Shown piece after piece: positions 1-12,539 of a stretch of 64,000 nt of DNA. Position numbers and translations under genes: made by a program. The stretch covers positions 1,364,001-1,428,000 of the forward strand of contig CM075981.1 of the NCBI GenBank assembly GCA_038087875.1. The letters are read 5' to 3'. The notes under the pieces were generated by a model, which did no database searches, was not told where the DNA came from, and was given only the letters and a program-made list of their open reading frames with translations. Source of the stretch: Malacoraja senta (taxonomy: Eukaryota). Within the stretch, counting starts at the first letter, position 1, and each line of letters starts with the position of its first letter.

Positions 1-368
1 ATCACCGTGTCGCATGACAAAATGTGAATTAAAGGCTTCTTAAGAAGCACTTTTATACATTTAAAGAAAGCACTTTCGTTTACCTGTCCATTGTGTGAAA
101 TCCGTCCCCGTTATTGGCGTTGACGCTTCAGGAGCTGCTTTTAAAATGACTGTAGCGCTGACATTGACGATTTAATTTTTTTTTTAATTCCCAAAAAGCC
201 GGTAGGAACGATTTTGTCAGCGAAGTTTTGTACTCCAACAAAATATTTCCAGGACAGGGAAGGAGAAACCGCGTTTTAACCCCGCCCCCCCCTTAAAGGC
301 GCCAAAATCGCGCACACGGCCAGTGGCAAAATTACAGCGCGACTGAAGGTAAGTTTTGTAACATACCT
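1..368. mobile_element. Probable transposon end upstream of V1
   Basis: Homology to the V2-upstream intron starts only at about 369 (CAATATGACACATC); family unassigned. Confidence 0.3.
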
Positions 369-480
369 ACAATATGACACATCATGGGACGATTTAAGTT
401 TTCTTTATATAATTTTCAAAATGTATCTACTTTCATGAATCAGTTCAATTCCTCTCAGTTCTGAAAGTTTCCCCTTTCAG

Positions 481-801
481 TTTCAGATGCAGTGAAGGGA
501 GAGACGTATGTAAGAGGAGTTCTGGGAAGAGCGATCACAATCGATTGTAACTATGCAGCAGAGTACCGCTCACACACAAAATACTGGTGCCGTGCTCGGA
601 CTCACCAATGTTCAGATATGGTGGAAACAAATGGGCAACACGGACGGAGTGGAAGAGTGTCAATCACAGATAACCCGGCACGAGGAATATTTACTGTGAC
701 TGTGGAGGATCTTCACTCTGGAGATACAGGGTGGTACAGATGTGGAATTACTACACCTGGCGACCATCCAATGTTTCCCGTACATCTCGAAGTATCTGAT
801 G
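481..801 (+). CDS. Gene A exon: V-set Ig domain 1 (CD300/pIgR-like; MDIR-type receptor)
   Basis: Acceptor ctttcag|481 (alternative in-frame AG giving start 487), donor G|GTACGT at 802, phase 1-1. Open frame with IDC..KYWC..QC..D.G.Y.C; the extra C-C' Cys pair is typical of CD300/pIgR/TREM V domains. Confidence 0.92.
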
Positions 802-2678
802 GTACGTTTCGCAGCGATTGACTTCATGTCTCCACTGAAATGCCTGATCCATGTTTTCGCCGGGAAGGATCAGGGCAGCACCGATATCCCGAGGCTCCGC
901 AGCAGTGCAGAGACCTGCGGGGAGCGGGCTGGGGTGGGGAAACCCCCATTCGTGTTGATCTCACCCAGTGCGGGCTCTGTCCCACTGAGCGGCCACCCAC
1001 TTCAAGTGGGACGCACAGCACATTTCCGTGCCTCGGAACTGTATGAAATGTCACCCTATCAGAGGTTTGCAATCCGACTCAAACTAATAATCCGACAGAT
1101 CAGTGAGAAACAAGGGTTGCTCGCGTTCTGAATACCCAGAGATTTTCTTTTAAAGGGAATCAGTCCCCAGAGCTCAACAGACTGCGTTCAGTCCTCTCGG
1201 GGCAGACCAGCCCGCTTCCCGCTTCCTCCCCACCCCGCTCGCTCTCTTTCCCTCTGTCCCGTCAATGCGCCCCGAGGCCCAGCAGCCACTGTTCACCCAC
1301 CGCCCGGCAGCCAGCCAGTCTCTCCACCCAGACATTTGCCCGGTGATAAGCAGAATAACCTCATCTTTCGCCACATCAGCCGTCGCATACAAGATATAAT
1401 CATCCGACATTTTCGCCACCTCCTACGGGATCCCACAACTAGCCACATCTTTCCATCTCCACCGCATTCAGCTTTCTGAAGAGACCGTTCCCTCCGCGAC
1501 TCCCTGGTCAACTCGTCCTCCCCCCGAAGGACAGAGGTTCCAACATCACCACGAAGTTAATTCTACACTTCTAAAATGTGTTTACAACTGAGGTGGAAGT
1601 CAGGATTGTGGACTCATTATGTCAGTTCAAATATTCCCTGCATTTGTCCAACTCAACTCAATCGCAAACCGAACAATTCCTCGGAGTCTGAGACTGAACC
1701 ACTGTCCCCGCTCTATCCACCCAACCCCAAATTTCTCTCCATCCTCTCTCCAATCCGCGGCCCAGTCGTGCTGAATTGTCCAGGGCGAACCGGGGTCATT
1801 GGGAATAGAACCTGTCCCCGATGAGCAGCGGGACATTTGGCTCCCAAATCAGTTTAGTTTATTGTCACGTGTACCATGGTACAGCGAAAAGCTTTTTTGT
1901 TGCGTGCTAACCAGACAGCAGAAAGACAATCCATGATTACAATCGATCCTCTTACAGTGCGCAGATACATGAAAAGGAAATAACGTTTAGTGCAAGGTAA
2001 AGCCAGCAAAGTCCGATGAAGGGAATTCCGAGGGTCATCAAAGATGTAGATAGGGGTTCAGAACTACTCACTGTTTGTGGTATGATGATTCAGATGGCTG
2101 ATAACAGCTGGGAAGAAACTGTCCTAGAATCTGACAGTGTGCGTTTTCAACCTAGTAACGCTCTCCGGTAACGAAGCCGCTTTATTGTAAACCGCCGCCC
2201 TCTGTCCTCATTCAGGGCTATGTAAAGGCAGTGGCGGCGGTGAATGTCTAAACACGGGTCCGGCCCAGTGTCGGTTGAGAAATGAATGTTGGCAGCGCAG
2301 CCGGCGGCACCGCCATTGAAATAGCAAAGTGGGGTATTTCTGTAGGGTGAGAGGACGGGCACCGCCTGGGATTGTTGAAAGGCAGCTCCTGCAACACTGC
2401 CACGCTCCCTCAGTACCGCACTGCGATCCCAGCCGAGTTTCTGCTCAGGGATCTGGAGTGGGAAGTGAACCTAAATTGTACTGACCCGGGGACAGAACAC
2501 TGACACAACTGGTACAATAACTGCACTGCCTGCACTTCAGACCGGAGACATTGTCCGTAAAGCAATATGACACATCATGGAACGATTATGTTTTCTTTCG
2601 TGTAATCTTCCAAATGTATCTATTTCCAGTAAACAGTTCATTTGTTCTCCATCTGAAAGTTTCTCCCCTCCATTTCAG

Positions 2679-2993
2679 CTACAGTGTGGGGAGAGAGGAA
2701 TGTAACAGGAGTTGTGGGAAGAGCGATCACAATCGATTGTCACTATGCAGCAGAGTACCGCTCACAAACAAAATACTGGTGTCGTGGGAGGAGTCGCCAA
2801 TGTACAAATATAGTGGAAACAAATGGGCAGCACGGAGGGAGTGGAAGAGTGTCAATCACAGATTACTCGGCACGAGGAATGTTTACTGTGACTGTGGACG
2901 TTCTTCACTCTGGAGATACAGGATGGTACAGCTGTGGAATTACTACATCTGGCGACCATCCAATGTGTAACGTACATCTCCAAGTATCTGACG
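2679..2993 (+). CDS. Gene A exon: V-set Ig domain 2
   Basis: catttcag|CT ACA GTG TGG acceptor, G|GTAGGT donor at 2994, phase 1-1, open frame (ORF 2684..3013), four conserved Cys, paralogous to V1. Confidence 0.92.
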
Positions 2994-3634
2994 GTAGGTT
3001 TCGCAGCAATTGACTTGACGTCTCCACTGAAATGCCTGATCCATGTTTTCTCCGGGAAGAGTCAGGGCAGCACCGATATCCAGAGGCTCCGCAGCAGTGC
3101 AGAGACCTGCGGGGAGGGGCGGGGGTCGGGAAACCCCACTCATTTTGCTCTCACCCAGTGCGGGCTCTGTCCCGCTGAGCGGCCACACCTCAAGGATCAT
3201 CACTCCCTCCCCACCCCGCTCTCTCTCTCTCTCCCTCTGCCCCGTCAATGCGCCCCCACCCCCAGCAGCCACTGTCCACCCACCGCTGGCAGCCAGCCAG
3301 CCTGTCCACCCGGACATTTCCCCGGTGGTAAGCATAATAAACTCATCTTTCGCCCCATCAGCCGTCGCACACAACATATAATCCTCCAACATTTTCGCCA
3401 TCTCTAGCGGAATCCCACAACTAACCGCATCTTTCCATCTCCACCGCTTTCTGCTTTCCGAAGAGACTGTTCCCTCCGCAACTCCCTGGATTACTCGTCC
3501 TCGCAGAGATGCAGATGAGCCGGTGAGATATCAACCGGACGATTCGGGCTGAGATAAAGGGCTGCTGAGATTTAGCAACTGTTTATTTGTTAACTGTTCA
3601 TACAGGTGACGGAATGTTTGCTCCATTCCCACAG

Positions 3635-3955
3635 AACCTGTGTCTGTTCCTGTGCTCAGATATCTGTCAGCAGCAAATGCCTCACGTCTCGGCGGCTCAG
3701 TGTCAGTGTCCTGTGAGGCTGTCGGTGGATCTCTTCCCATCCATTACACATGGTTTGAGAAGAACGAGCATTGGGTTTCAACGATCTTGAAAAGCAATCA
3801 ACTGGATCTGAGTTGTGAAATCCTCGGAGGTCAAAACCGTCAATTTTACTGCACAGCCTCAAATAACCGTGGGACAAAATCCGGTGAAATGCTCAACGTG
3901 AAATTCTTCAAAGGAGCAGGAACGTGTAGTTATGTGACAGAAATCAATAATACAG
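3635..3955 (+). CDS. Gene A exon: C2-type (FcR-like) Ig domain a
   Basis: cccacag|AA CCT GTG acceptor, G|GTGAGT donor at 3956, phase 1-1. EPVSVPVL..SVSCE..GSLPIHYTWF..FYCTASNNRG resembles FCRL-type C2 domains. Confidence 0.9.
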
Positions 3956-5212
3956 GTGAGTGTTATTTTCCCGTGGGAATACTGTTTCACAATTCCTCTT
4001 GTGTTCTTGGAGCTGCTGCTTTTCACCTTGTGGTTATGTTCGTGGGTTCTTGGTATTTGCAAACGGCATCATTGCAGCCACCGTGAGCTCATGGTGTAAA
4101 ATGCGAGAGTTTGCTTGGGGGACTGGCAAATAATTGCCTGATGCTTTCACCTGGGAGCTGATGAGCAATTTCAGCAAAGGAGAGAAATAAATGCACTTAT
4201 CACAACAGGTTAAGTGCAATACATCAAATTGCTGCCTTCTGCCTTAAAAACGATTTTCTGGCTGCCGCTTAAGATCTCAAAGTCAATTTGAGAAAGAGAA
4301 AGAAATGCATTCTGTTTGGATCCATCATCATTTAAAACCAAGGATGGACAATTTCATGATCATGTTCATGATTTTATCTCTTTTAAATAAGTGTGAATCA
4401 CTGGAACTTAAGTAATCTCACAAAATTAACGTGGAATCTACTTGGACGACACTCCATCAATATAACCCTTACTTTTGTCAGATAATTTTGTATCCCAGTA
4501 GGTGTGGGAACGCTCAGATTGGAAGTCCATAAGTGTGAATGGTTTACATCAGCGAGACCAAGCGCAGCCTAGGCCAGTGCTTCTGAAACTATTTCAGCGT
4601 CGTTCACCCTTGAGTCTTTATCACAAAATTTCATTCACCCTCGACTAAATGTTCTTATGTTTTTTAGGTAATTTTCATCTTATTCTCCCTTGTGTATAAT
4701 TGTATATACAATTTATATTGTCACATGAGCAAAAAATACAATTCACTCCAAAGTAATTTCATTCACACTTGGGTGAACCATTCATCAGTTAAGAAGCATT
4801 GGTCTAGGCCACAATTTCACTGAACACTTGTGCTTGGTCTGTCATGACCCAGAATCGCGCTTGATAGACACCCCATCATCAACCTCCCACGCTGATACAG
4901 AGCAGCAGCAATTTGCACCATCTGCAAGATGCACTGCAGCAACTCACCAAGACTCCACCGACAGCGCCTTCCAATTCCAACAGGCTCCGTGTTCAATGTA
5001 TCATTCTTCACCATTCACACCCATATTGGCTGGGAACGCCTGTGCAGATGGTGAGGGACGGTGTACAGTATCTGTCTCTCATCGCAATCAAGGTGGAATT
5101 CAACAGTTAACAAAATGGGCGGTCTCCCCTGTGCACACTGATGTATACGATAATGTATATGTTTGTAAAAGGCTAATTTTGTTCTTCAATTCATGAAATA
5201 TGTTTCCTTCAG

Positions 5213-5530
5213 TTTCAGGTGCTCTGTGGGCAGAGAGCGAAGTAGGCGGGGTTGTGGGAAGAGCGATCTCAATCGGTTGTCACTATTCAGCAGTGTATCG
5301 CTCACACATAAAATACTGGTGCCCTGGGACAAGTCGCCAGTGTACACATGTAGTGGAAACAAATGGGAAATATGGACAAAGCGGAAGAGTGTCAATCACA
5401 GATAACCCGGCACGAAGAATATTTACTGTGACTGTGGAGGATCTTCAATCTGGAGATACAGGATGGTACAGTTGTGGAATTACTACACCTGGCGAACCAA
5501 CATTTAAAGTACATCTCCAAGTATCTGAAG
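5213..5530 (+). CDS. Gene A exon: V-set Ig domain 3
   Basis: ccttcag|TT TCA GGT GCT acceptor (alternative start 5219), G|GTAGGT donor at 5531, phase 1-1, open (ORF 5200..5550). Confidence 0.92.
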
Positions 5531-5837
5531 GTAGGTTTCTCAGTGAGTGACTTTATGTCTCCACTTTGGCATCCGCACAAAATATTTGGTAGGTGGGAGT
5601 CTGGTGCACAGTTCTGGTCGCCGCGTTATAAAACAAAAGATGTGAAAGGTTTGGAGAGGTTGCAGAAAATGTTCACCGCGAAATTTAGTTGTCGTTTACA
5701 AATGCAACATGGAAATGGATCCTGCGGCCCACCGAGTCCACACCAACTAGCGATCTCCGGTCACACTAGTCCTGTTATTCCACTTTCCCATGCGCTCCCT
5801 ACACACAATTCTGCAATACCGCCATTCAGACACGTCA

Positions 5838-6061
5838 TTAATGAGGAGAAGGAGCTTTCTGCCGGGCAATTTGGCTGTCGCTTTGAAATGTAACGTCTGA
5901 GTAGCTGACATTGTCCTCATCTGTACTGGAGTGTGTCCCTGTCATAATTGCATTCCTGCATACACAGTTTGATTTTGAATAGACAAACGGGCAGCTTCCT
6001 TGTTGCTTTGAATGTCTGACAATGTTGCACAAACGATGCTCCCTTTTCCTGCTGGCAATTC
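5838..6061 (-). pseudogene. Inverted, decayed copy of the B-type ITIM tail exon inside a gene A intron
   Basis: Reverse complement reads ELPAGKGSIVCATLSDIQ..TVYAGMQL* then, in another frame, THSSTDEDNVSYSDV..APSPH*. Homologous to 47078-47354; acceptor AG mutated to GG. Confidence 0.85.
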
Positions 6062-6124
6062 CCGAAATGTAAAGGAGAATCCAAGATTTGTCTGATGATT
6101 TGTCTGATTTGTGGTCAGTTTTAA

Positions 6125-6660
6125 TCACCATGTTATAGGAAAGATGCTATCGTTGGATAGGGCGCAGAGAAGACTTACAAGGATGTTGCGATGAGTTGAG
6201 GGCCAGACCTACAGGGAGGGGTTGAGCTGACTAGGACTTTATTTCTTGGAGCGCAGGAGGATGAGGTGTGATCTTATGGCAGGTACAAAATCTTGCGAGG
6301 AATAGATCGTGTAAATCCACAGGAATAGATCGTGTAAATGCACAGGAATAGATCGTGTAAATGCACATACTCTGAGTTTTTGCCCAAAGTACGGGGATCG
6401 AGAACCAGAGAACATTGTTTTAAGATAAGCGGGAATGATTTAACAAGAACCTGGGGGTAACGTTTTTACACAAAGGTTGGTAGGTATATGAAACAAACTG
6501 CCGACGGAAGTAGTAATGGCAGGTTTTCGCAATATTTAAGTAAAATGTGGACAGGTTCATGAATAGGATAAGTTTAGAGGGTTAAGGGCCAAACAAGTGC
6601 AGGTGGAACTAGTGTAGATTGGGCGTGTTGGTCAGTGCGTGCAAGTTAGACCGAAGGGCC
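6125..6660 (+). mobile_element. CR1-type LINE 3' fragment, carried in with the inverted tail exon
   Basis: RKDA..LDRAQRRLTRML-like sequence; reverse complement matches about 41390-41680 and 46741-47045. Confidence 0.75.
6298..6367. repeat. 23-bp tandem triplication AGGAATAGATCGTGTAAATGCAC
   Basis: Three adjacent copies with one mismatch, inside the CR1 fragment. Confidence 0.9.
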
Positions 6661-6815
6661 TGTTTCTACGCTACATGACTCTATGACTCTATGTAGATGG
6701 ATGGGTCAGTTTCCAACATGGCGGCTCTGGCTAAGGTACAGAGATGGTGGATATTTGCGAGTGTTGGATTTACAGATGTTCACTCAGTGTCTGACTGTTT
6801 GCTCCTTTCCCACAG

Positions 6816-7136
6816 AACCCGTGTCTGTTCCTGTACTTGGATTTCTGTCACCAGCCAATGAACCCTGTCTCAGAGGCTCAGTGACAGTGTCCTGTGAGTC
6901 GGTCCGGGGATCCCTTCCCATTAACTACAGCTGGTATGAAAAGACCCCATCTGTGGATTCAAAGATCTCAGACAGCAATGCCCTGGATCTACATTGTCAA
7001 TCCTTCCAACACCAGCACCATCAATATTATTGCACGACTTCAAATCAACTTGGGTTACAATCCAGTGAAATGGTCAACGTGTCCATCTCCAGCAGTGACG
7101 TGCCCTGCAGTATTCTAGCGAAAATCAACGGCACTG
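6816..7136 (+). CDS. Gene A exon: C2-type (FcR-like) Ig domain b
   Basis: cccacag|AA CCC GTG acceptor, G|GTAAGT donor at 7137, phase 1-1, same length (321 nt) as and homologous to C2a. Confidence 0.9.
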
Positions 7137-8199
7137 GTAAGTAGTGGAGGGAATGCGGAGAAGAAAGGGAAGTGGTTCATATGATCATGTGATAGAAGCA
7201 GAAATAGACCATTCAATCATGGCTGATCTATCTTCCCCTCTACACCACATTATCCTGCCTTGTCCCCATAGCCCCCGACGCCCTGATATCCATGCACCTT
7301 ATTTAATTAATTTATCAAGATTAAAATGATGGAATTAAGGTCCATTTGTCAATACTTGGTTGTTGGGTTATAGAAATAGATTTCCCAGTGCTGGTGTAGG
7401 CCTGCTTCCCGGCTAGAACATCCTCTTATGTTTACACAGCTTTCAACTGGGTTTGCAGTGACATCAGTCCAAGCACTTTCATTTTCCAGCATCTCCAAAT
7501 GACCGACGCTCAAATATGGGAAGGGAAAAGAAATTATCAGTAAATGTGGCCACAGTTAACTCCTAGAGGACTGTATCAGCTTTGGTCCACTGTGTTAATG
7601 TTGACCATTCAGTACCATCGATACTAATCCCATTTTACCAGCCCCTCATCCACGGTCTTCTCAGACTTGACAATTCAAGTGTCTCCACTATCTAAGTTTA
7701 AAAATACTTCTTGCTGAGATACCCTCCAAATATTCTACACCTTAACCCAACCCTATGTTCTCCACTTCTTCGCACATCTGCTGTGCTGATTTCCCACGAA
7801 GTCCCCTATCACCTTTATCTTACTTTCTTTATCTTTATTACTTTATTGTCATAGTAGTGGTGTATACAACGAAATTCAGGCGCACAGATGAAATGTACAA
7901 GATAAAAAATAACAATAAAATAACATCAAAAAAAGTGAAAATAATAAAAATACACATACACACAGATTCACATACGCATACACATTATGCCTACGTATGA
8001 ACCCTTACCAGAATATCCACTGTGCATCGAACCGATGGTTGGTCGTTCATGGGTACACAAAAATGCTGGAGAAACTCAGCGGGTGCAGCAGCTTCTTTGG
8101 AGCGAAGGAGATAGGCAACGTTTCGGGCCGAAACCCTTCTTCAGACTGATCTCAGTTTTGTAGTTTGATAGTTCATGTTGGTTATTTAAAGATTTTGGT

Positions 8200-8475
8200 C
8201 GGAGATACAGTGCGGTAACAGGGTCCACGGCGACCAGCGATCCTCGCACATTAACACTATCCTGCACCCACTAGCGCATTTTTAAAAAACATTTACCAAG
8301 CCAATTAACCTATAAACATGTCGTCTTTGGAGTGTGGGAGGAATCCGAAGAACTCGGAGAAAACCCACGCAGGTCACGGGGAGAACGTACAAACTATGTA
8401 CAGACAGCACCCGTGGTCGGAATCGAACCCGGGTCTCCGGTGCTGTAACGCAGCAACTCTACCGCTGCGCCATCG
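8200..8475 (-). mobile_element. tRNA-derived SINE (HE1/V-SINE-like)
   Basis: Minus-strand A box TGGCGCAGCGG, B box GGTTCGATTCC, core GGTTTCCTCCCAC equivalent. Confidence 0.8.
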
Positions 8476-9192
8476 TGTGATATGTTCCCGTATGCATACG
8501 TGGCACTCAATAATAAATAAACTAAAAGAATACTAATTAAGGAACACCGGCTCGAGAAGTGTTGAACCGCTGCACGTACGTGCCCCGCCATCTTGTTCCT
8601 CATAGCTTTGCACCCCTGTAATAGGTCCCTCCTTCCCCTCCTGTATGGAATAAAACCCCCATCAATCCAGCCTCTCCTCCGAACTGTAATGTTTCATCCC
8701 AGGCACTATCCCTCTCGTAACATCACCTCCTTTAGTTTAGTGATCCAGCGTGGAAGCAGCTGCCTTTCACCGGTGCCCTAATTCTATCCTACTCACCAGG
8801 GACAATTTACAGAAGGCAATTAACCTACAAACCTGCACGTCTTTAGAATGTGGGAGAAAACCGGAGCACTTGAAGAAAACCCACTCGGTCACAGGGAGAA
8901 CATACAAACTCCGTGCAGACAGTACCCGTAGTCAAGATTGAACCCGGGTCTCTGGCGCTGTAAGGCAGCAACTCAACTGGTGGGCCACTGTGCCGCCCTA
9001 ATGTAGGCAACCTGAGTTGGAACCAGCACTACAGCTTATCACGATAACATCTCCCATTTGCTGCAAATTACACTGAAGAAACATTGCCCTGTCAATTAAA
9101 CCTATAAACTCCTTATATCGGACAAACATGCTCTCTTGTTCAACTGCAAGTGAAAAGCAGTGAAACTGATTTTTATTTCCTTGTTCCAACAG

Positions 9193-9241
9193 GACTTGAA
9201 TATTCTTGTGAAACTTCGAAAAGAACCAATTATTCTTCAAG
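9193..9241 (+). CDS. Gene A exon: short stalk GLEYSCETSKRTNYSSR
   Basis: Polypyrimidine tract plus ttccaacag acceptor, AG|GTAAAC donor. Its phase 1 to 2 is exactly what is needed to join C2b to the TM exon. Not in the ORF track. Confidence 0.8.
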
Positions 9242-10997
9242 GTAAACTACTCTGTTTCCAATGAATGGGGCCATGTACAAATTGCTGGTGTTTATGATTG
9301 GGATTGCTTCAATTGGGAGAAAATTGTGTCGTCCGTTCACTGGCATTAAAGGCCAGTTGGAGTATTGATCTGAATAGATAGTGACACAGCCAGTGGAACC
9401 ACAGCCTCACAATGCCAAGACCCTAAACTTAGGTGCCGTCTATGTGTGGTCTATATATTTTGCTTTCATTGTGTTGGAAGGAACTGCAGACGCTGGTTTA
9501 AACTGAATATAGGCACCACTCGGAGTAACTCGGCCGGTCAGGCAGCATCTCTGGAGAAAAGGGATAGGTAACGTTTCGGGTTGAGACCCCTCTTCAGAGT
9601 GAGGGTCAGGGGAAAGAGAAACGAGAGCGATATCGACAGTGATATAGAAAGATATAAAACAACGAATGAAAGATATGCAAAAAATAACGATGATCGCAGC
9701 CACCCGAGCTACTGAATGAGTTGCTGGCATGATCCCCAACCCTAACCTCCTCAACGCTCCTGCCCTCCCCGCAACTTTACCCCTGTCGGCCCAGCCAAGT
9801 TTGCTACTTTGTGCAGCCCAGGCGGTGCTGACCCGCGCCAGACTCCCCACACGCTGTGAAAGGAACGCCCCCCTACCCCCCCCCCCCAGCGCTTTGACAG
9901 CCGCTTCCCACTTCACACCGTTCCAGGGTCGAAGGCATGGCAGGTTCCGCGGAGAGTGGAATTGCTCGGCAAATTCCACTCCAGTGTACGGCCACTGTCC
10001 CTGCTGCCCCAGCGGAAAGCTGCTCTGTCTTCCCGCCCTTGGGACCTGCTGGTAAAATGTCGCCATCAGCAAAGTGTTTGCAAGGGCGACACTGGGCCTG
10101 GCCACCCAGCCAGAGAATGTAAATCAGCTGCCAGCAATGATGGATAGATTTGTCTATCCCTCTTTACAGCAACATCGTTCTTGATGTTGCTGTACTGAGC
10201 GATAGACAAGTCTATCTTTCTTGGCTAACAATCCAACCTTCGACCTCCAAGACGCAGGTAAATTTTCGGGCCTTATTTTAGGGTAAATAATAGCGTCTTC
10301 ATTGCCCGGAAAAACGGTATATAACTTGCAAACCAGATATTAGTTAACTCACCAAAAGGGAAATTGCACTGGTTTACATCTTGTGTTGTGTATATGCTTG
10401 GGTGATAAGAACAGGTTCCTTCATTTGTTGCCCTTCAGAGGGCGTTCCCTGCAGTATTCACCATGACCTCTCCAAAACTAATCTCATCCCATAGTGTGGG
10501 ATTAGTTGCCGAACCCAAGTATTGCTGCTTTGCCTAGTGAATTATGGGCTAAAACACTATCCTTGATATCACTTATGGCAACACCTTCCAGAGTTGGTCA
10601 AGGTCTGAATGGCAGTCACTCCAACAGCAGGAAGTGTCTCCACGTAGAACGTGACCATGAGTGATAGGCACGTTCGGTCAAGTTAACTAAACTAATCACT
10701 GCGATAAACGTGTAACAGTTCCCATGCATTGTTTGTGAAGGAGAAGGGAGGGTTCCTTAATAGTTGGACGCAATTGCTCTTCAACCAGTTTCACGATCGT
10801 TGGTCAATGTCACTTTATTGTGAGCAGATTAGCTGCTGCATTACCCACCGAAACAGACTCGACACTTCATTTCCTTTGCAGCACAATTTAAAAAAATCAT
10901 AAAAGGCGCCATATAAATGCTTGACTTTTGTTCCTTACTGAAGGCCATGAATCAATGATGAGTCGTATCTCACCCTTCCCTATTCTCTATCCGACAG

Positions 10998-11086
10998 GAT
11001 CACTTACATAGTTGCGCCTGGTGTCACTGTGCTTCTCCTGATTCTCATCATTGCCTTCCTTTGGTACCGAAAGCGTAAAATCAAGG
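10998..11086 (+). CDS. Gene A exon: transmembrane segment ITYIVAPGVTVLLLILIIAFLWY-RKRKIK
   Basis: ccgacag acceptor, G|GTGAGT donor at 11087, phase 2 to 1. Hydrophobic run followed by a basic stop-transfer, with no charged TM residue. Confidence 0.88.
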
Positions 11087-11714
11087 GTGAGTTTCTGATT
11101 TCCCTTAAATAATTTCACAATGTCTCAGTTCCTTGCAGAATGTCAAGAGATTGTATCCTGTTGTAATCAACAAATACCTGGCATTAATGTATTAAAATGT
11201 AGAAGGAAGCATAATTGATCAATAATGGTATCATGTTTGATGCTATCGTGATGACTCGGTGAGAAAAGCTGTTCTTTTAACATTATTGTACAGAAACTGT
11301 CTGAGAGTGAAATGGCAGAGATGTGTGATAACTAAGAGGCTAGGTAGAAGTAAGATTTACATAAATACTCTCATCCTCTCAGCTGTTAGAATATGCTTTG
11401 TGTGATTAGCTGTTATATTTCGAATCAGGTTAAGTCGTGTTTATTGTCACATGCACAAGCATGGTGAAGTACAGTTACAATGAAGATCACACCTGCAGCC
11501 TCACAGGGACATAGACAACGTACAACATAGCTGCCTCACACAGAGGAAGGTGGGTATATGGCAGGAGCTTCCAGAGGAGATACTTGAGGCAGGGCAGGTC
11601 TAGCCTGAACAGGTAATGCCAAATGTGAACGCCCATGAACTTGAAGCTGCAAACTATCTCCACCGACGATGAAAATGTGAAAGTTCACTGAGCTGTTTCT
11701 CAGTCGGAGAGCAT

Positions 11715-12475
11715 TACAATACAATACAATACAATACAATATATTTATTGTCATTTGAACCTCAAAAGAAGTTCAAACGAAATTTGGTTTCTGCAGTCAT
11801 ACAACAAGAAAAGCGCCAGGACACGCAACCAACACAATTTACACAAACATCCATCACAATGAAACTCCTCCTCACTGTGATGGAAGGCAAAGTCTTGTCT
11901 CTCCCCTGTGTTGTATTCTTCTCCCGATGTTAAAGCCCCCGGCGGGCGATGGCAAATCCCGCGGCCGTTAAAGGCGCGCCGGGCGATGCCGGGTCATTTT
12001 CAACCCCGCAACTCGGGCGGGAGAAGTTGTCGTTGCGGGAGCTCTGAAAAGAGGTCTCCCACCAGGGACCGCGAGCTCCCGATGTCACCGTCCACATGCC
12101 TGCAGCTGGAGCCTCCGAGCTCCGGAGTTGGGTCGCAGCCCTTGCGTAACCAGAGCCCTCCACGCTCCGAAGCCGGTCAGCCCCATGATGGCAAGTCCGC
12201 ATGCTCCGCGACTGGAGCACCCAGGTCGTTCCGGTTTGAGGCCGCTCCACGGCACTAGGCCCCAACGACAACGAAGACCCGACAGGGAAAAGGTCCGGTT
12301 ACCCGTACAGGGAAGATATTTAAAATCCCCCCCCCCCCACCCACCCCCGCCCCCCACATATACACAGCTAAAAACAATATAAAAACCACAACAAACTATA
12401 CATTCAACAGGACAAAAATCAAAAAGACAGACCAACTGCAGAGGCCGCTGCAACGTCGGTCGCGTAAAAAGTAAA
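11715..12475 (-). mobile_element. Retroelement-like insertion with AATAAA and (TTGTA)n tail
   Basis: (TACAA)n at 11716-11740 next to TTTATTG, with a GC-rich body; family not assigned. Confidence 0.45.
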
Positions 12476-12539
12476 TATTTCAGATCCAAGACCCATCATA
12501 CAACTGGGAAAGAGGGAAAAGAGGGGGGAGCCTCATTGA

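Noticed and set aside
742-1131. Alternative-frame ORFs starting MELLHLA (also 2934 and 5474)
   Set aside because: Shadows of the V exon running into the duplicated intron; similarity reflects DNA duplication.
2330-2500. Ancient Deu/SacSINE-like remnant (similar pieces near 23870, 42960 and 48100)
   Set aside because: Resemblance is from recall only and the copies are too degraded to call without a model search.
9440-10105. 221-aa minus-strand ORF and overlapping GC-rich ORFs
   Set aside because: Spans a Penelope terminus and unrelated sequence; no domain motif or splice logic.
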